Origin: an uncultured delta proteobacterium
GTDB taxonomy: Bacteria; Desulfobacterota; Binatia; Binatales; Binataceae
Length of the DNA stretch: 64,000 nucleotides
Assembly: GCA_963796565.1 (NCBI GenBank)
Contig: CAWCMA010000003.1
Span: 2,454 to 66,453, forward strand
Direction: 5' to 3'
Below are positions 20,778 to 30,324 of this stretch, piece by piece. The notes below the pieces were generated by a model that saw nothing but the letters and a program-made list of their open reading frames with translations, did no database searches and was not told where the DNA came from. The translations under genes and the position numbers were made by a program. Each line of letters starts with the position of its first letter. Position 1 is the stretch's first letter.

Positions 20778-21001
20778 GCGATCCGGCGGGGTTTTCTGCC
20801 GTGCTGTACAGTGTGCTGATCATGACTGCCTCCGAGGGGGAAAGGCCGCGAGTTCGTTGAGCAATCCGCCGAAAATGCCGCACCGTACCGCAGGTCCTTT
20901 ATCTTGCTCTACGAACGACCGGCCTTCCCCCCTCTCCAACGCACCCTTCCAATCCACTCCTTCCGCGCGCCGCAAAGCGGCTGAGAAATTCCTGAAAATC
21001 C

Positions 21002-21247
21002 TCACTGCAGTTTCTCCGTCGAAGGTTCGGTTACGCGGCCATTCAGTTTCCGGCCCGGACGTGGGGCACCTTCGAGCTCGGCCTTGATCTGCTTGCAGAG
21101 CCGCCACATCGCCGCCGTGATCGTCTCGCCAAGATCGAAGCCCGCATCTTCGGCCCGACTGCGCAGTTGCTCGATCTCACGCTTGAGCGCCGCAGGCAGC
21201 TTGAACGTGATCGCTTCGCTTTCCTGTTTGCGCTTGAGAACTCCCAT
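21002..21247 (-). CDS. Ribbon-helix-helix (Arc/MetJ-like) DNA-binding protein
   Basis: 81 aa. 'ITFKLPAALKREIEQLRSRAED' is a β-strand plus helix RHH signature. It lies between trbI and traF, a possible relaxosome/oriT accessory position. Confidence 0.5.
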   Translation of the reverse strand: MGVLKRKQESEAITFKLPAALKREIEQLRSRAEDAGFDLGETITAAMWRLCKQIKAELEGAPRPGRKLNGRVTEPSTEKLQ

Positions 21248-21280
21248 TACATTTCTCCTTGCGTAATTGGATTGTGGAAT

Positions 21281-22413
21281 TCACTTCCCGTATGGGCCGG
21301 GGAATACGAGGTCCTGGGTGATCATCACGTCGAACTGGTAGCCCGGCCGGATTTCAATCGTCGGTGGACGATTTAATCCCTGTCCCATCATTTGCTGACC
21401 CAGTGCCCCGAATTGTCCCGAGGCGGCTGAACCGGCGGTCTGACTCGCCATCGCCCATTGATTCGGTTGGTAGTAACCGTACGGTCCGTAGGAGGCGCCG
21501 CCTCCAAAAGTCGCCATCTGTCCGACGGCCTGGCCTGCGCTGATCAGGCTCATAACGGCGGCGGTTCCGAACGTTGCGAGATAGTGGTGGTCAATCTGAT
21601 CGGAGAAGCCGGCGTAGCCACTCTGATCGGCGCCCGGCATCATCGGCAGATTCATGCTCGAGGTGTTCGGGAAGATGAGCCGCTGCCACGCGATCTGAAC
21701 GCGCTGCTGACCGTATGAAGATGCGTTCTGGTAGGCGCCGATGAGGCGGCTGCCTTGCGGGATGAGAATCGATCTGCCGGTCGCGCTGTCGAGGACGTTC
21801 TGGCTGACCTGCGCGAGAATCGGTCCGGGCAGATCTGAGTTAATGCCACTGATCAGAACGGCAGGGAGGATGCTGCCCGCCATCACGGTGTACGGCGAAG
21901 CGGCGGGGTGAACGCTTATCGTCGGGTTGGTCTGATCACCGGAAGTATACGAGTCAGCCTGCTGTCCGTTTGCGCTCGCGATCTCCAGCGTTCCGCCACT
22001 ATGAAACGCCTGCACCATCTCCGGCGATTCGAGCGCCTTCATGTACTTCTCTTCGGCCCATTGCGCATACCGGCTCGGGAGGCTTCGGCGCGCTGGGCTG
22101 AACGGGCGCTTGCGAGATCGGCATAACCGGTTCCGTCGGCATCACGGTTGGTGCCGCATGCGGCTCTGCGCCATGAGCTGCGAGGTCTTCGATCTCGCCT
22201 CGGTCTCGGGCTGCTGAGCCTGGGTCGTCGGCTGATTTCTGGGAAGAGGAAGTTTGACCTATCCCTGAGGACTGGACGCCGAGTGCAAGCGCCACTCCGC
22301 CGAGCATCGCAATCGCCACGAAAACCACGCCGAGAAGGCGATTGAAACGGCCGCCGCCAAGATGCTCCTGATTCCTGCTCTTCTTGCTCCTGAATCACGT
22401 CTGCGGTTGCCAT
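21281..22413 (-). pseudogene. trbI: TrbI/VirB10 with two frameshifts (three frames)
   Basis: ATG at 22413, 5 nt after the trbG stop, gives 'MATADVIQEQEEQESGAS'. The TM segment 'GGGRFNRLLGVVFVAIAMLGGVALALGV...PKPPEP' is in a second frame (shift at ~22350-22365). 'YAQWAEEKYMKALESPEM...IRPGYQFDVMITQDLVFPGPYGK*' (VirB10 C-terminal domain) is in a third frame (shift at ~22062-22075, extra G in a CCGG run). Confidence 0.8.
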
Positions 22414-22418
22414 GGCCG

Positions 22419-23366
22419 TTACCTCGTTCCTCCTGCGTAGGAGATAGTCACGCGGTCCTGATCGCGGCCCACGCCGGCGACCAGGATCGCATCGCTGAAG
22501 AGCCGATCGACGACGTAGTAGTTGCCTTTGACGCGGTAGTTCACCATCTGGGTTCCGCTGCCGGCATTGATGAGCAGAGCGGGAGCTTCGCTCGACTTCA
22601 TTCCGGCAGGCATCTGGACATAGACGTGAGAACCGTCGTCGAAGGCTCGAACCGGCTTCCACGGAACGTTCGGTCCTGCGACCGTGTAGGCGAAATTGAT
22701 CTGCGCCGGATCTACGGCTGCGACCTTCACGGTGTCGTCGGAATCACCCGGCGGATCGGCCGCTTCCTGCTTGGCCTTCGCTGCGGCGGTGTCGGCATCT
22801 TTCATCGCTGTAGACAGCTCGTCGGGGTAGTAGAACTCCACTTCCTGCATCGCGTGCCCACGCGACCGGAGCACCAGATGGTAAATGTGCTTCGTAGTGT
22901 AAATTGTCAGGTTGGTTTCGATACCCGGGACCTGCGGCTTCACCGCAAGATGAGGAACAGCATTGCGCGGGTCGCCTGAGGCGGCCGGCGTCGCCATCCA
23001 GCGCTCGGTATCTCCCAATGCAACGTCGGTGATCGTCTCGCCCGGCTGCAGCTGAATGTCGGTGGTGCGCAGCGGCGCGCAATCGACGGTCGGCTCCGGT
23101 TCCTGGTTATAGGGATAAAGTGTGTACTCGGCCGTTCGGTAGACGGGCCACTTGCCGTCTTGCTCATGCTCTTTGACTGCACCCTGCACCTCGGACGGCT
23201 GCTGTGCGAGCAGTTGCGCCCCGGTCGGTCGGGGCGGCGCCGCAGTCGGCATCGCGGGAGACTCTGTTACGAGTTTCAGCGGCGGTGGTGCGGGCGGTTG
23301 TTGGTGACTCGCGCACGCACTGAATAAAAGTGCGAGCGTCAAGGTTCCTGTTCCAATATATTTCAT
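22419..23366 (-). CDS. trbG: Conjugal transfer protein TrbG/VirB9 (lipoprotein)
   Basis: Lipoprotein signal 'LTLALLFSAC' and VirB9-like β-rich body. It sits between trbF and trbI. Confidence 0.9.
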   Translation of the reverse strand: MKYIGTGTLTLALLFSACASHQQPPAPPPLKLVTESPAMPTAAPPRPTGAQLLAQQPSEVQGAVKEHEQDGKWPVYRTAEYTLYPYNQEPEPTVDCAPLRTTDIQLQPGETITDVALGDTERWMATPAASGDPRNAVPHLAVKPQVPGIETNLTIYTTKHIYHLVLRSRGHAMQEVEFYYPDELSTAMKDADTAAAKAKQEAADPPGDSDDTVKVAAVDPAQINFAYTVAGPNVPWKPVRAFDDGSHVYVQMPAGMKSSEAPALLINAGSGTQMVNYRVKGNYYVVDRLFSDAILVAGVGRDQDRVTISYAGGTR

Positions 23367-23390
23367 CGCATATCCTTCCTTCCGGACTGG

Positions 23391-24068
23391 CTATCCCTGC
23401 TGCTCGGTCCAGCTGATCTGCGTCACGTAAAAGCCGAGCGGATTGCTGATGATCGCGTCGTCGGAGTTTGGCGGGACTATCTGTGTCTGGAGTACGGCCT
23501 CCCAATGTGTGGGCGCTCCAATCACAACTCCGTTCAGATCGCGCTTTTGTTCCGACCAACGTACCTGGTAGCTGCTGGGCGAGAGCTGAAGAATCGAATC
23601 GATTTGGATCGAGACGGTCTGCTTCTCTGCAAGCTTGAAAGGGTTGTGAGTGAAACTGTCGGAGTGATAGTAGGCGTCGAGGAATCTGTCCGCAGCTCCG
23701 CGCGCATGCGCGAGCATCGAATCGAGCATCTGGTGTTCGACTTGGGGATCGCTGGTGACCGAGCGCGCATCTCGGATGAACGCCGCGACCTCATAGCGCT
23801 GCACTCGCGCAGCTACGTCGGGAACGGACGTCGGATTGAGAGGCTGCGGAACAGTGAGCGCGTAACCGAGTTTGTCGACTTCAACGACGTACGGAATGTA
23901 GCGGCTTCGGCTGATCAGCCAGACCATGCCGCTGGCGAGAATCAGCGAGAGCAGAAGCAGGCCGCAAGCCGCTACCTGCCAGTTGCGTTTGCCGAGAACG
24001 AGATCGGCGTATCGCTCATCCCACTCTCGACGCGCTTCGACGTAGAGATTCGCACCCATCGCGCGCAC
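23391..24068 (-). CDS. trbF: Conjugal transfer protein TrbF/VirB8
   Basis: N-terminal cytoplasmic segment, single TM 'VAACGLLLLSLILASGMVWLI', and a VirB8-like periplasmic domain. First gene of the trbFGI block. Confidence 0.85.
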   Translation of the reverse strand: MRAMGANLYVEARREWDERYADLVLGKRNWQVAACGLLLLSLILASGMVWLISRSRYIPYVVEVDKLGYALTVPQPLNPTSVPDVAARVQRYEVAAFIRDARSVTSDPQVEHQMLDSMLAHARGAADRFLDAYYHSDSFTHNPFKLAEKQTVSIQIDSILQLSPSSYQVRWSEQKRDLNGVVIGAPTHWEAVLQTQIVPPNSDDAIISNPLGFYVTQISWTEQQG

Positions 24069-24254
24069 ACTCCTGATCGCCGCTCGCTCTATAGCGTCGG
24101 TTTAGTGTCCGAGAATTGTCCGACTTCTGTCCGTGAACTGATCCCAACAGGCTCCAAAAGGAACCAAGATGAAGGGATGAAATGGCTTGATTTTGTTGGA
24201 CTATGTAGAGTCGAATCGGGGCGGGTTGCGAGCAGATTCAGTCTTTTAATCAGA

Positions 24255-24284
24255 GGGTCCTGGGTTCAAGTCCCAGACGGCTCA
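24255..24284 (+). other. 3'-terminal tRNA gene fragment (T-arm plus acceptor 3' strand); probable att-site scar of the integrated element
   Basis: 'CTGGG-TTCAAGT-CCCAG-ACGGCTC-A' is a perfect 5-bp T-stem with a TΨC-type loop, then a 7-nt acceptor strand and a discriminator. No matching 5' acceptor strand, D-arm or anticodon arm can be folded from the ~75 nt upstream, so this is a fragment and not a gene. It lies 190 bp from trbF at the edge of the conjugative block, followed by AT-rich DNA. Confidence 0.5.
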
Positions 24285-24863
24285 CTCAAAACCCTCAGAA
24301 GCATTGAATCTCTTCTAGGCCCAACAAAGGTCAAGAGCTGTTGAGTCTGTTGATATAGACACAAAATAGACCTTTTGCTCGAGCTGGAAGGAGGCTGACC
24401 CCGGCACCGGAATGAAGACCCTGGTAATTCCTTTGGCTTGGAACCGCCACGCGCCCTGAAGGGCGCTCGCAGGCTGAACCTGAGCGCAGTACGGCGCAAA
24501 CGTAGCCTCCAGGAAAATCAGTACAAGGAAGCGCCGGAGGAGCAGACCTCAGACGCGCTCTCTCTGCCTCGCTGACATGGCCCGATCTATCGGTCTGTAT
24601 CAGGCGCTCGCACGCGATGTACTGTCGGCGTCCTGCCGAGCCCGTTTCCAGCATCATATCAGAGGCAAAATTCCAGTCGAATCAATCAAAAATACAAAAT
24701 TTATAATACAATCTATGGCTATTTGACTCTAGCAGTGATTATCTGTAGCTTTCCTTATCGAAAATCACGTGATAATCGTTGCGATGGCTTTGATCATGCT
24801 GGCAGGCATCCGAAAATCTGAGCAAGGACATCTCATTACACCATAGGGCGAGGGAAAAAAACA

Positions 24864-27800
24864 ATGTTTGACCCGGAAGCTCTGAGGTCGAGAGCGCGCG
24901 TCCTGACAGCCACTAGGGTGATTGCGCTAGCAGCGTTCGCTGCAATAATTCTGGCCGGCGGGGTTTCCACCGCGCCCGCTCATCCAGCCACTTCATCAAC
25001 CAGCCATCGGGCAGTGAATAAAAGCGCCGCGGCCGCGCGCCGCGCCTCGCTGCCACTTTATTTTGAACCCAACGTCGGACAGAGCGATCCGCATGTGCGG
25101 TTTCTCTCACAGTCCAGTCGTTACTCTCTCTTTCTCACTGATGAGGGAGCGGTGTTCTCGCTGGTCGGCGGTGAAATTCACCAAGGCCCCGCGCTCGCGA
25201 CCGTCAACCCGCCGCGTCAGCCGCAAGCGGATCGGCTGGTCGAGTCTGCAGTGCGAATTCGGATGGTCGGGGCGAATTCGCATCCCAGGATGAACGCGGA
25301 GGAGCCACTGGCGGGCCGCGTCAACTACCTGATTGGAAACGACCCCGCGAAGTTCCATCGCGCGGTGCCCACTTACGGCCGCGTGCGGGTGAGCGGCGTT
25401 TACCCCGGAATTGACGTGGTCTATTACGGGATGCCGAATTCCTTGGAGTACGATATCGTCGCGAGGCCGGGTGCCGACGTCTCGCGCATCCGTGTCGCGA
25501 TCGAGGGCGGCGCCAAGACCGCGGTGGATGCGAGTGGCAATCTCGAAATCAAAACCGCAGCAGGGACGATCGCGATGCACAAGCCGCATGCTTACCAGCG
25601 CGCGGCCGATGGCAGCGAAATCCCGGTCGAAAGCTCGTTCGTGGCGGCCAAGGGACCGGCGCAGCCCGAGTTCATAATTCAGCTCGCCCGCTACGATCGC
25701 ACGCAACCGTTGACAATCGACCCGACCGTACAGCTTCTGTACTCGAGCTATATTGGTGGAGCAGGGGAGATCACCGGTCCGGTCACCCTCAAGCAACTCT
25801 CGGGATTGACGGGTAGTGATGCGCTGATCACCGCTGACGTCGGCACCGACGTGGCGGTCGACCCGACCAACATGGCCTACATTACCGGCGTTGCATATTC
25901 GACGCCATCCAGCTTTCCGCTGGTCGGCGCTTTTCAAAGCACTCAGACAGGCGCTCCCGATCTGAACCCGGTCGGTTTCATTGCCAAGTTCGACACGACC
26001 AAGTCGGGTGTCGCGTCGCTTATCTATTCGACGTATATCGGCGGCAGCGGTGACACCGACGACGCTGACTCTGGGCATGGCAATGGGGATCTGCCCTTTG
26101 GCATCGCGGTCGACGCCTCAGGCGAGGCCTTCGTTGTGGGCCAGACGTACTCAGCCGACTTCCCGGAAACCAGCACCTGCGGCTCGTTCGGACAAGCAAA
26201 GGATGGAGCCGCGAATGTAAGCAACGGCTTCGTGGCCAAACTGAACGGCGCCGGCAGCGCGATCGTGTACGCCTGCTACATCAATGGTACGAACGGCGCG
26301 ACCGAATCCCGGGTCGCACTGTTTCCGGCCGGATGCGACGCCAGCACTACGCTGTGTAAGGCCTACGTATCCGGCTCCTCCCAGAGCGGCCACGCCGCTG
26401 ACTTCCGGCTGACTGCCAACGCCTTCCAGACCACCGTGAAGGATCTCAACGATAAAAACAGCGCCACCTTCATCGTGGTCCACGAAGACGGCCAGTCGCT
26501 GGATTATGCGACCCTCTATGGAGGCTCTGGCAATGGCACCAATGGTGACATCGGAATCAGCGTGGCGGTAGATGCGAGCGGACACGGTTATATCACCGGC
26601 GCGACCCACTCGGGCGATCTGGTCACGCAAAATCCAGCGGTCCTCCACTACAATACGAACGCCCGCGCGAAGAAGGTCAGCAACGTATTCGTCGCCGAGT
26701 TCGATCCCACGGCTCTTACCGGCGCCGCGTCGCTGCTCTATGCGACCTACCTCGGCGGCTCGGGCGCAACCGGTGCGATTAAGTCGGGCGCCAGCACGGT
26801 TTTTTCGCTCGCGCTCGGCGACATCGGCACCGCGATCAGAATCGACCCGGTTACCAGTCATATTTGGGTGGCGGGAACGACCGCATCGACCGATTTCCAG
26901 GTGCCGGGCACGGTGACGCCGGTGTTTGAGTCGACCAACGAGGCCGGGTCGGTCGTCGCTGCGGGTTCACCTGCGACGGCAGGATTCATCACCGAACTGG
27001 ATCCCACTCAGTCCGGACTCAGCCAGATTGGCTATTCGACCTATTTCGGTGGCGGGGGATCACAGATTAGCGCCGCGTCTCCGGACACCGGCAGTGTTGG
27101 AATAGGCGATGCGATTAGCGATCTCGAAATCGTGGGCGGCAAAATCTACGTCACCGGCGCCACCGCGAGTGGAGCCTTGGCGGAGGGTTTTCCTCTGAGT
27201 GGCAACGCGTGCCATAAGGTCAACCATAGCAGCGGAGTCACAATAGACGGGGTCCCTGTCCCCGTTACCGCTTTCGCATCAGAACTCGATCCGTCACAGC
27301 CGACCGTTGACGCCCAGCTCGTCTTCTCGACCCTGCTAGGCGGCACCGGAACGGAGGACGCCGGCACCGGATTGGCGATCGATTCCTCTGGAGACATGGT
27401 GATCTCGGGTCTTACCTACTCCGGAAACTTCCCGGTTACCACGTCCGGGTTCCAGCCCAACAACAAGGCAACTGGGGCGAGCGCGACCAACGCCTTCCTG
27501 AGCGTTCTCTATCCGCTCGGCACCGCCTGCGGGTCTGCTGGCGGAACTCCGGTTCCGACGCCCACCCCGAACCCATCACCGACACCGACACCGACACCGA
27601 CGCCGACTCCGACGCCTACTCCGACGCCAGTTCCATTAGGCGGCAGGATCTCTCTCTCGGCCAATCCGGTGGACTTTCCCAACGCAGGACTCGGTGAAGC
27701 GCCGTCGCACAGGAATTTTCTAATTCAGAACCTGAGCGCAGGTCATAGGCTGGCGGGCTATGTCGGAGCGCCGAGCGGGCCCTTCAGCATCACCACGGGC

Positions 27801-28289
27801 GGCGGTGCGTTCAACCTCCCTCGGCTCGGCATGCTGAAGGTCAAGATGAATTTTGCACCCGGCGAACCGGGCCTCGAGAAAGGCTCGTTGATCATCCTGA
27901 GCGGCGATCCACTCCATCCGTCGATCGTGGTGAATCTGCGGGGCACCGGCGAGCCGGGCAGGCTCACGACCAACATCCCAGTGACGCTCGACAACAAGCT
28001 CGCGTTTGGCCCTGTTGCACTCAACGGGTCACCAAAACTCCTGAGTTTCAAGATCAAAAATATTGGCGAGGGCGATCTGCAGGGCAACGTGCCGTCGCTG
28101 TCATTGCCGTTCACGGTTATACGAGGCGGCGGTCCGTTTGACCTGGCGCCCGGACATGGTGAACTGGTGACAGTACTGTTCACGCCGACGGCTATGGGTC
28201 ATGTCAGCCAGTCGCTTACGATCGCCGTCACCCCGCCCAGTAGGCCGTCGGCTGGGATCACGGTTACGGTCGCCGGCAGAGGAACCTGA
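24864..28289 (+). CDS. Secreted SBBP (β-propeller) repeat protein with a Pro/Thr linker and C-terminal ASH/'choice-of-anchor D' Ig-like domains
   Basis: 1141 aa. N-terminal signal-anchor. Multiple SBBP-type repeats ('YSTYIGGSGDTD...GIAVDASGEAFVVGQTYSADFP', 'YATYLGGSG...', 'YSTYFGGGG...'). Linker 'TPVPTPTPNPSPTPTPTPTPTPTPTPTPVP'. Two C-terminal ASH-like β-sandwich domains. Confidence 0.85.
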   Translation: MFDPEALRSRARVLTATRVIALAAFAAIILAGGVSTAPAHPATSSTSHRAVNKSAAAARRASLPLYFEPNVGQSDPHVRFLSQSSRYSLFLTDEGAVFSLVGGEIHQGPALATVNPPRQPQADRLVESAVRIRMVGANSHPRMNAEEPLAGRVNYLIGNDPAKFHRAVPTYGRVRVSGVYPGIDVVYYGMPNSLEYDIVARPGADVSRIRVAIEGGAKTAVDASGNLEIKTAAGTIAMHKPHAYQRAADGSEIPVESSFVAAKGPAQPEFIIQLARYDRTQPLTIDPTVQLLYSSYIGGAGEITGPVTLKQLSGLTGSDALITADVGTDVAVDPTNMAYITGVAYSTPSSFPLVGAFQSTQTGAPDLNPVGFIAKFDTTKSGVASLIYSTYIGGSGDTDDADSGHGNGDLPFGIAVDASGEAFVVGQTYSADFPETSTCGSFGQAKDGAANVSNGFVAKLNGAGSAIVYACYINGTNGATESRVALFPAGCDASTTLCKAYVSGSSQSGHAADFRLTANAFQTTVKDLNDKNSATFIVVHEDGQSLDYATLYGGSGNGTNGDIGISVAVDASGHGYITGATHSGDLVTQNPAVLHYNTNARAKKVSNVFVAEFDPTALTGAASLLYATYLGGSGATGAIKSGASTVFSLALGDIGTAIRIDPVTSHIWVAGTTASTDFQVPGTVTPVFESTNEAGSVVAAGSPATAGFITELDPTQSGLSQIGYSTYFGGGGSQISAASPDTGSVGIGDAISDLEIVGGKIYVTGATASGALAEGFPLSGNACHKVNHSSGVTIDGVPVPVTAFASELDPSQPTVDAQLVFSTLLGGTGTEDAGTGLAIDSSGDMVISGLTYSGNFPVTTSGFQPNNKATGASATNAFLSVLYPLGTACGSAGGTPVPTPTPNPSPTPTPTPTPTPTPTPTPVPLGGRISLSANPVDFPNAGLGEAPSHRNFLIQNLSAGHRLAGYVGAPSGPFSITTGGGAFNLPRLGMLKVKMNFAPGEPGLEKGSLIILSGDPLHPSIVVNLRGTGEPGRLTTNIPVTLDNKLAFGPVALNGSPKLLSFKIKNIGEGDLQGNVPSLSLPFTVIRGGGPFDLAPGHGELVTVLFTPTAMGHVSQSLTIAVTPPSRPSAGITVTVAGRGT

Positions 28290-28330
28290 ACGCGACGCGG
28301 CGCGGGGCCATGCCCCGCGTCGCGTTGCAC
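28290..28330 (+). terminator. GC-rich hairpin immediately after the SBBP gene stop (putative intrinsic terminator, no U-tract)
   Basis: 'AACGCGACGCGGCGCGGGGC-CAT-GCCCCGCGTCGCGTT' is an imperfect ~15-bp stem starting 1 nt after the TGA. Confidence 0.35.
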
Positions 28331-28609
28331 GTGAAAGCGCATGGCAAAAAGACCTGGCCGCAGGGTGAGCAGATGCTCGCTCTTCACCTTGCGAAAGTGG
28401 AACAAGCGACGGGTTTAGACATCGACCTAGGCAAGATCGTGAAGCTGTACGAATTTGAAGCGCGTGGACGACGCGCTGCTCGATGAGTCCAACGCGTCAA
28501 TCGACGCTTAGGAGAGTCGCGAATCCGGCCTGTTGGCGTTCCTGATGCTAGCGGCTATCAGCACCAGGATCGAATGTCGTATAGGCTTAGGTAAGCTCGA
28601 CGCCGCAGC

Positions 28610-28816
28610 TCATTGAGGGCCTACGGATGCCTCAGTCATCCAACGCTCTATCTGGTCCTTTCGGAATCGCCAGTCGGCGCCAACCCGAAAGCTTGGGATT
28701 TTGCCATACCTAAGCATCCTGTAAAGCGTGGTCGGATGCACTCGCAATAGGCTGGAAACTTCTTTTAACGTCAAAATCTCATCAGTCTTCGCCAATGGTC
28801 TACTCCTTCTATTCAA
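28610..28816 (-). CDS. Excisionase/AlpA-family helix-turn-helix DNA-binding protein (orphan)
   Basis: 68 aa. 'LTLKEVSSLLRVHPTTLYRMLRYGKIPSFRVGADWRFRKDQIERWM' is the canonical excisionase-family HTH (MerR-like winged helix). No integrase is adjacent. Confidence 0.7.
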   Translation of the reverse strand: MNRRSRPLAKTDEILTLKEVSSLLRVHPTTLYRMLRYGKIPSFRVGADWRFRKDQIERWMTEASVGPQ

Positions 28817-29110
28817 GATCTGAAGCGGCTACCCACTACACGGTTGCAATAGCCATGCCTCGAAAATGCTCGTGTTTATTCTTTTTGACGGTCAGTCTTA
28901 CTGAGCTAGCTGGCAAATTTTTCTGAGTGCCTTCCCGGCTTTACCGAATCGGCCTCCTGGGATGCCTCAGGCGACGAAGCCCGCCGGCGCGCGGTCACCG
29001 TCGTCCTCCCAAAGAAATCTCGCTATCGTGCAGGACGGTCATGAAGCTGGACCGAGCCGCACGAACATCCGCGTTCGCCTGTCCAACGGCCAATCAGTGA
29101 GAGAAACCAA

Positions 29111-30157
29111 ATGCGTGTGCTGACCACCTTACCTCAGGAAGACCTCCGCAGAGTGCCGGATGCAGCGCGCGAAGCTGAACGGGCCGGCTTCGACGGGTTG
29201 ATCACCCTGGAGAATCGTAACGACCCGTTTCTGGCGCTCGGGGTCGCGGCGGTGGCCACGGAGAAAATCGAGCTGGGCACGGCGGTCGCGATCGCGTTTC
29301 CCCGCAGCCCGATGGTGGTGGCGAACATCTCCTGGGATCTGCAGATCGCTTCGCGCGGCCGGTTTGTGCTGGGCCTGGGCCCCCAGATCCGGCCTCACAA
29401 CGAGAAGCGCTTCAGCGTTCCCTGGACGGCTCCAATTGCGCGTCTTCGCGAGTACGTCCTCGCGCTACGGGCAATCTGGACCGCGTGGGAAAAGGGCGAA
29501 AAGCTGCGCTTCGAGGGCGAGCACTACACGTTCACCCTGATGACGCCGAATTTTGTGCCACCCTCGATGGGCCTGCCGATGACGCCAGTAACGCTCGCCG
29601 CGGTCGGACCCAAGGCGTTACGACTTGCAGGTGAGGTGGGGGACGGAGTGCGGTTGCATCCATTCTGCACTCGTCGTTATCTGGACGAAGTCGTGTTGCC
29701 GGGATTGCGGGAGGGGCTCATCAAGAGCGGCCGCAGCCTGGAACACTTCGAAGTGTCTGGCGGCGGCTTCATCGCGACGGGGCCGGACGACGCCGCCGTG
29801 GCCGGCATGTTCGAGTGGGTGCGAACGCGCATCGGTTTCTACGGATCGACTCCCGGCTACTGGCCAGTGCTGGAATTGCACGGCCTGGGCGATCTCGGCC
29901 GCAAGCTGAACGTTCTTTCGAAGCAGGGGAAATGGGCGGAGATGACGGCCTCGATCAGCGATGACGTAGTCCGTTTGTTCGCGGCCGTTGGCATCCACAA
30001 AGAGATCGCCGGCGCCGTCGAGCGGCGCTTCGGAAATCTGAGCGATGCCGTATTTGCCAGCATCAATTCGACCATCCGTTCCGATTTACCGCCCGACGTG
30101 CTTGCGGACATCCATCGGATTCCGGTCAGGTTCAAGGGTTACGCAAAGGCGTGGTGA
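29111..30157 (+). CDS. LLM-class (luciferase-like) flavin/F420-dependent oxidoreductase
   Basis: 348 aa TIM-barrel LLM pattern: 'GFDGLITLENRNDPF...GTAVAIAFPRSPMVVANISWDLQIASRGRFVLGLG'. Confidence 0.85.
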   Translation: MRVLTTLPQEDLRRVPDAAREAERAGFDGLITLENRNDPFLALGVAAVATEKIELGTAVAIAFPRSPMVVANISWDLQIASRGRFVLGLGPQIRPHNEKRFSVPWTAPIARLREYVLALRAIWTAWEKGEKLRFEGEHYTFTLMTPNFVPPSMGLPMTPVTLAAVGPKALRLAGEVGDGVRLHPFCTRRYLDEVVLPGLREGLIKSGRSLEHFEVSGGGFIATGPDDAAVAGMFEWVRTRIGFYGSTPGYWPVLELHGLGDLGRKLNVLSKQGKWAEMTASISDDVVRLFAAVGIHKEIAGAVERRFGNLSDAVFASINSTIRSDLPPDVLADIHRIPVRFKGYAKAW

Positions 30158-30324
30158 ACGATGAACAGGGTGGCCGAGCGGATCACCCAACTTAGCGGTG
30201 AGCCGAATTTCAACCCGGAAGGGATGGCTTCGCGCAGCCATTCGGAATACCAGGAGGGCTCTAGCCTCGTCGAAATGATCAAGGAAGACCTGCTCCGCCA
30301 TAGGTTCTCAATCGTGAGGCGTCT

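Noticed and set aside
24100-24470. Possible tmRNA (ssrA) gene around the tRNA-like element
   Set aside because: No tag-peptide ORF ending in ...ALAA. A plus-strand tmRNA would have to extend leftward into trbF. The 'GCAAAC...' stretch downstream has no in-frame stop. Interpreted as a tRNA 3' fragment instead.
25107-26861. Minus-strand ORFs 25107-26078 and 26151-26861
   Set aside because: Antisense shadow ORFs of the SBBP gene.
27540-27640. (ACNCCG)n-like microsatellite 'CCGACACCGACACCGACACCGACGCCGACTCCGACGCCTACTCCGACGCC'
   Set aside because: It is the coding sequence of a Pro-Thr linker inside the SBBP protein, not a CRISPR or other non-coding repeat.
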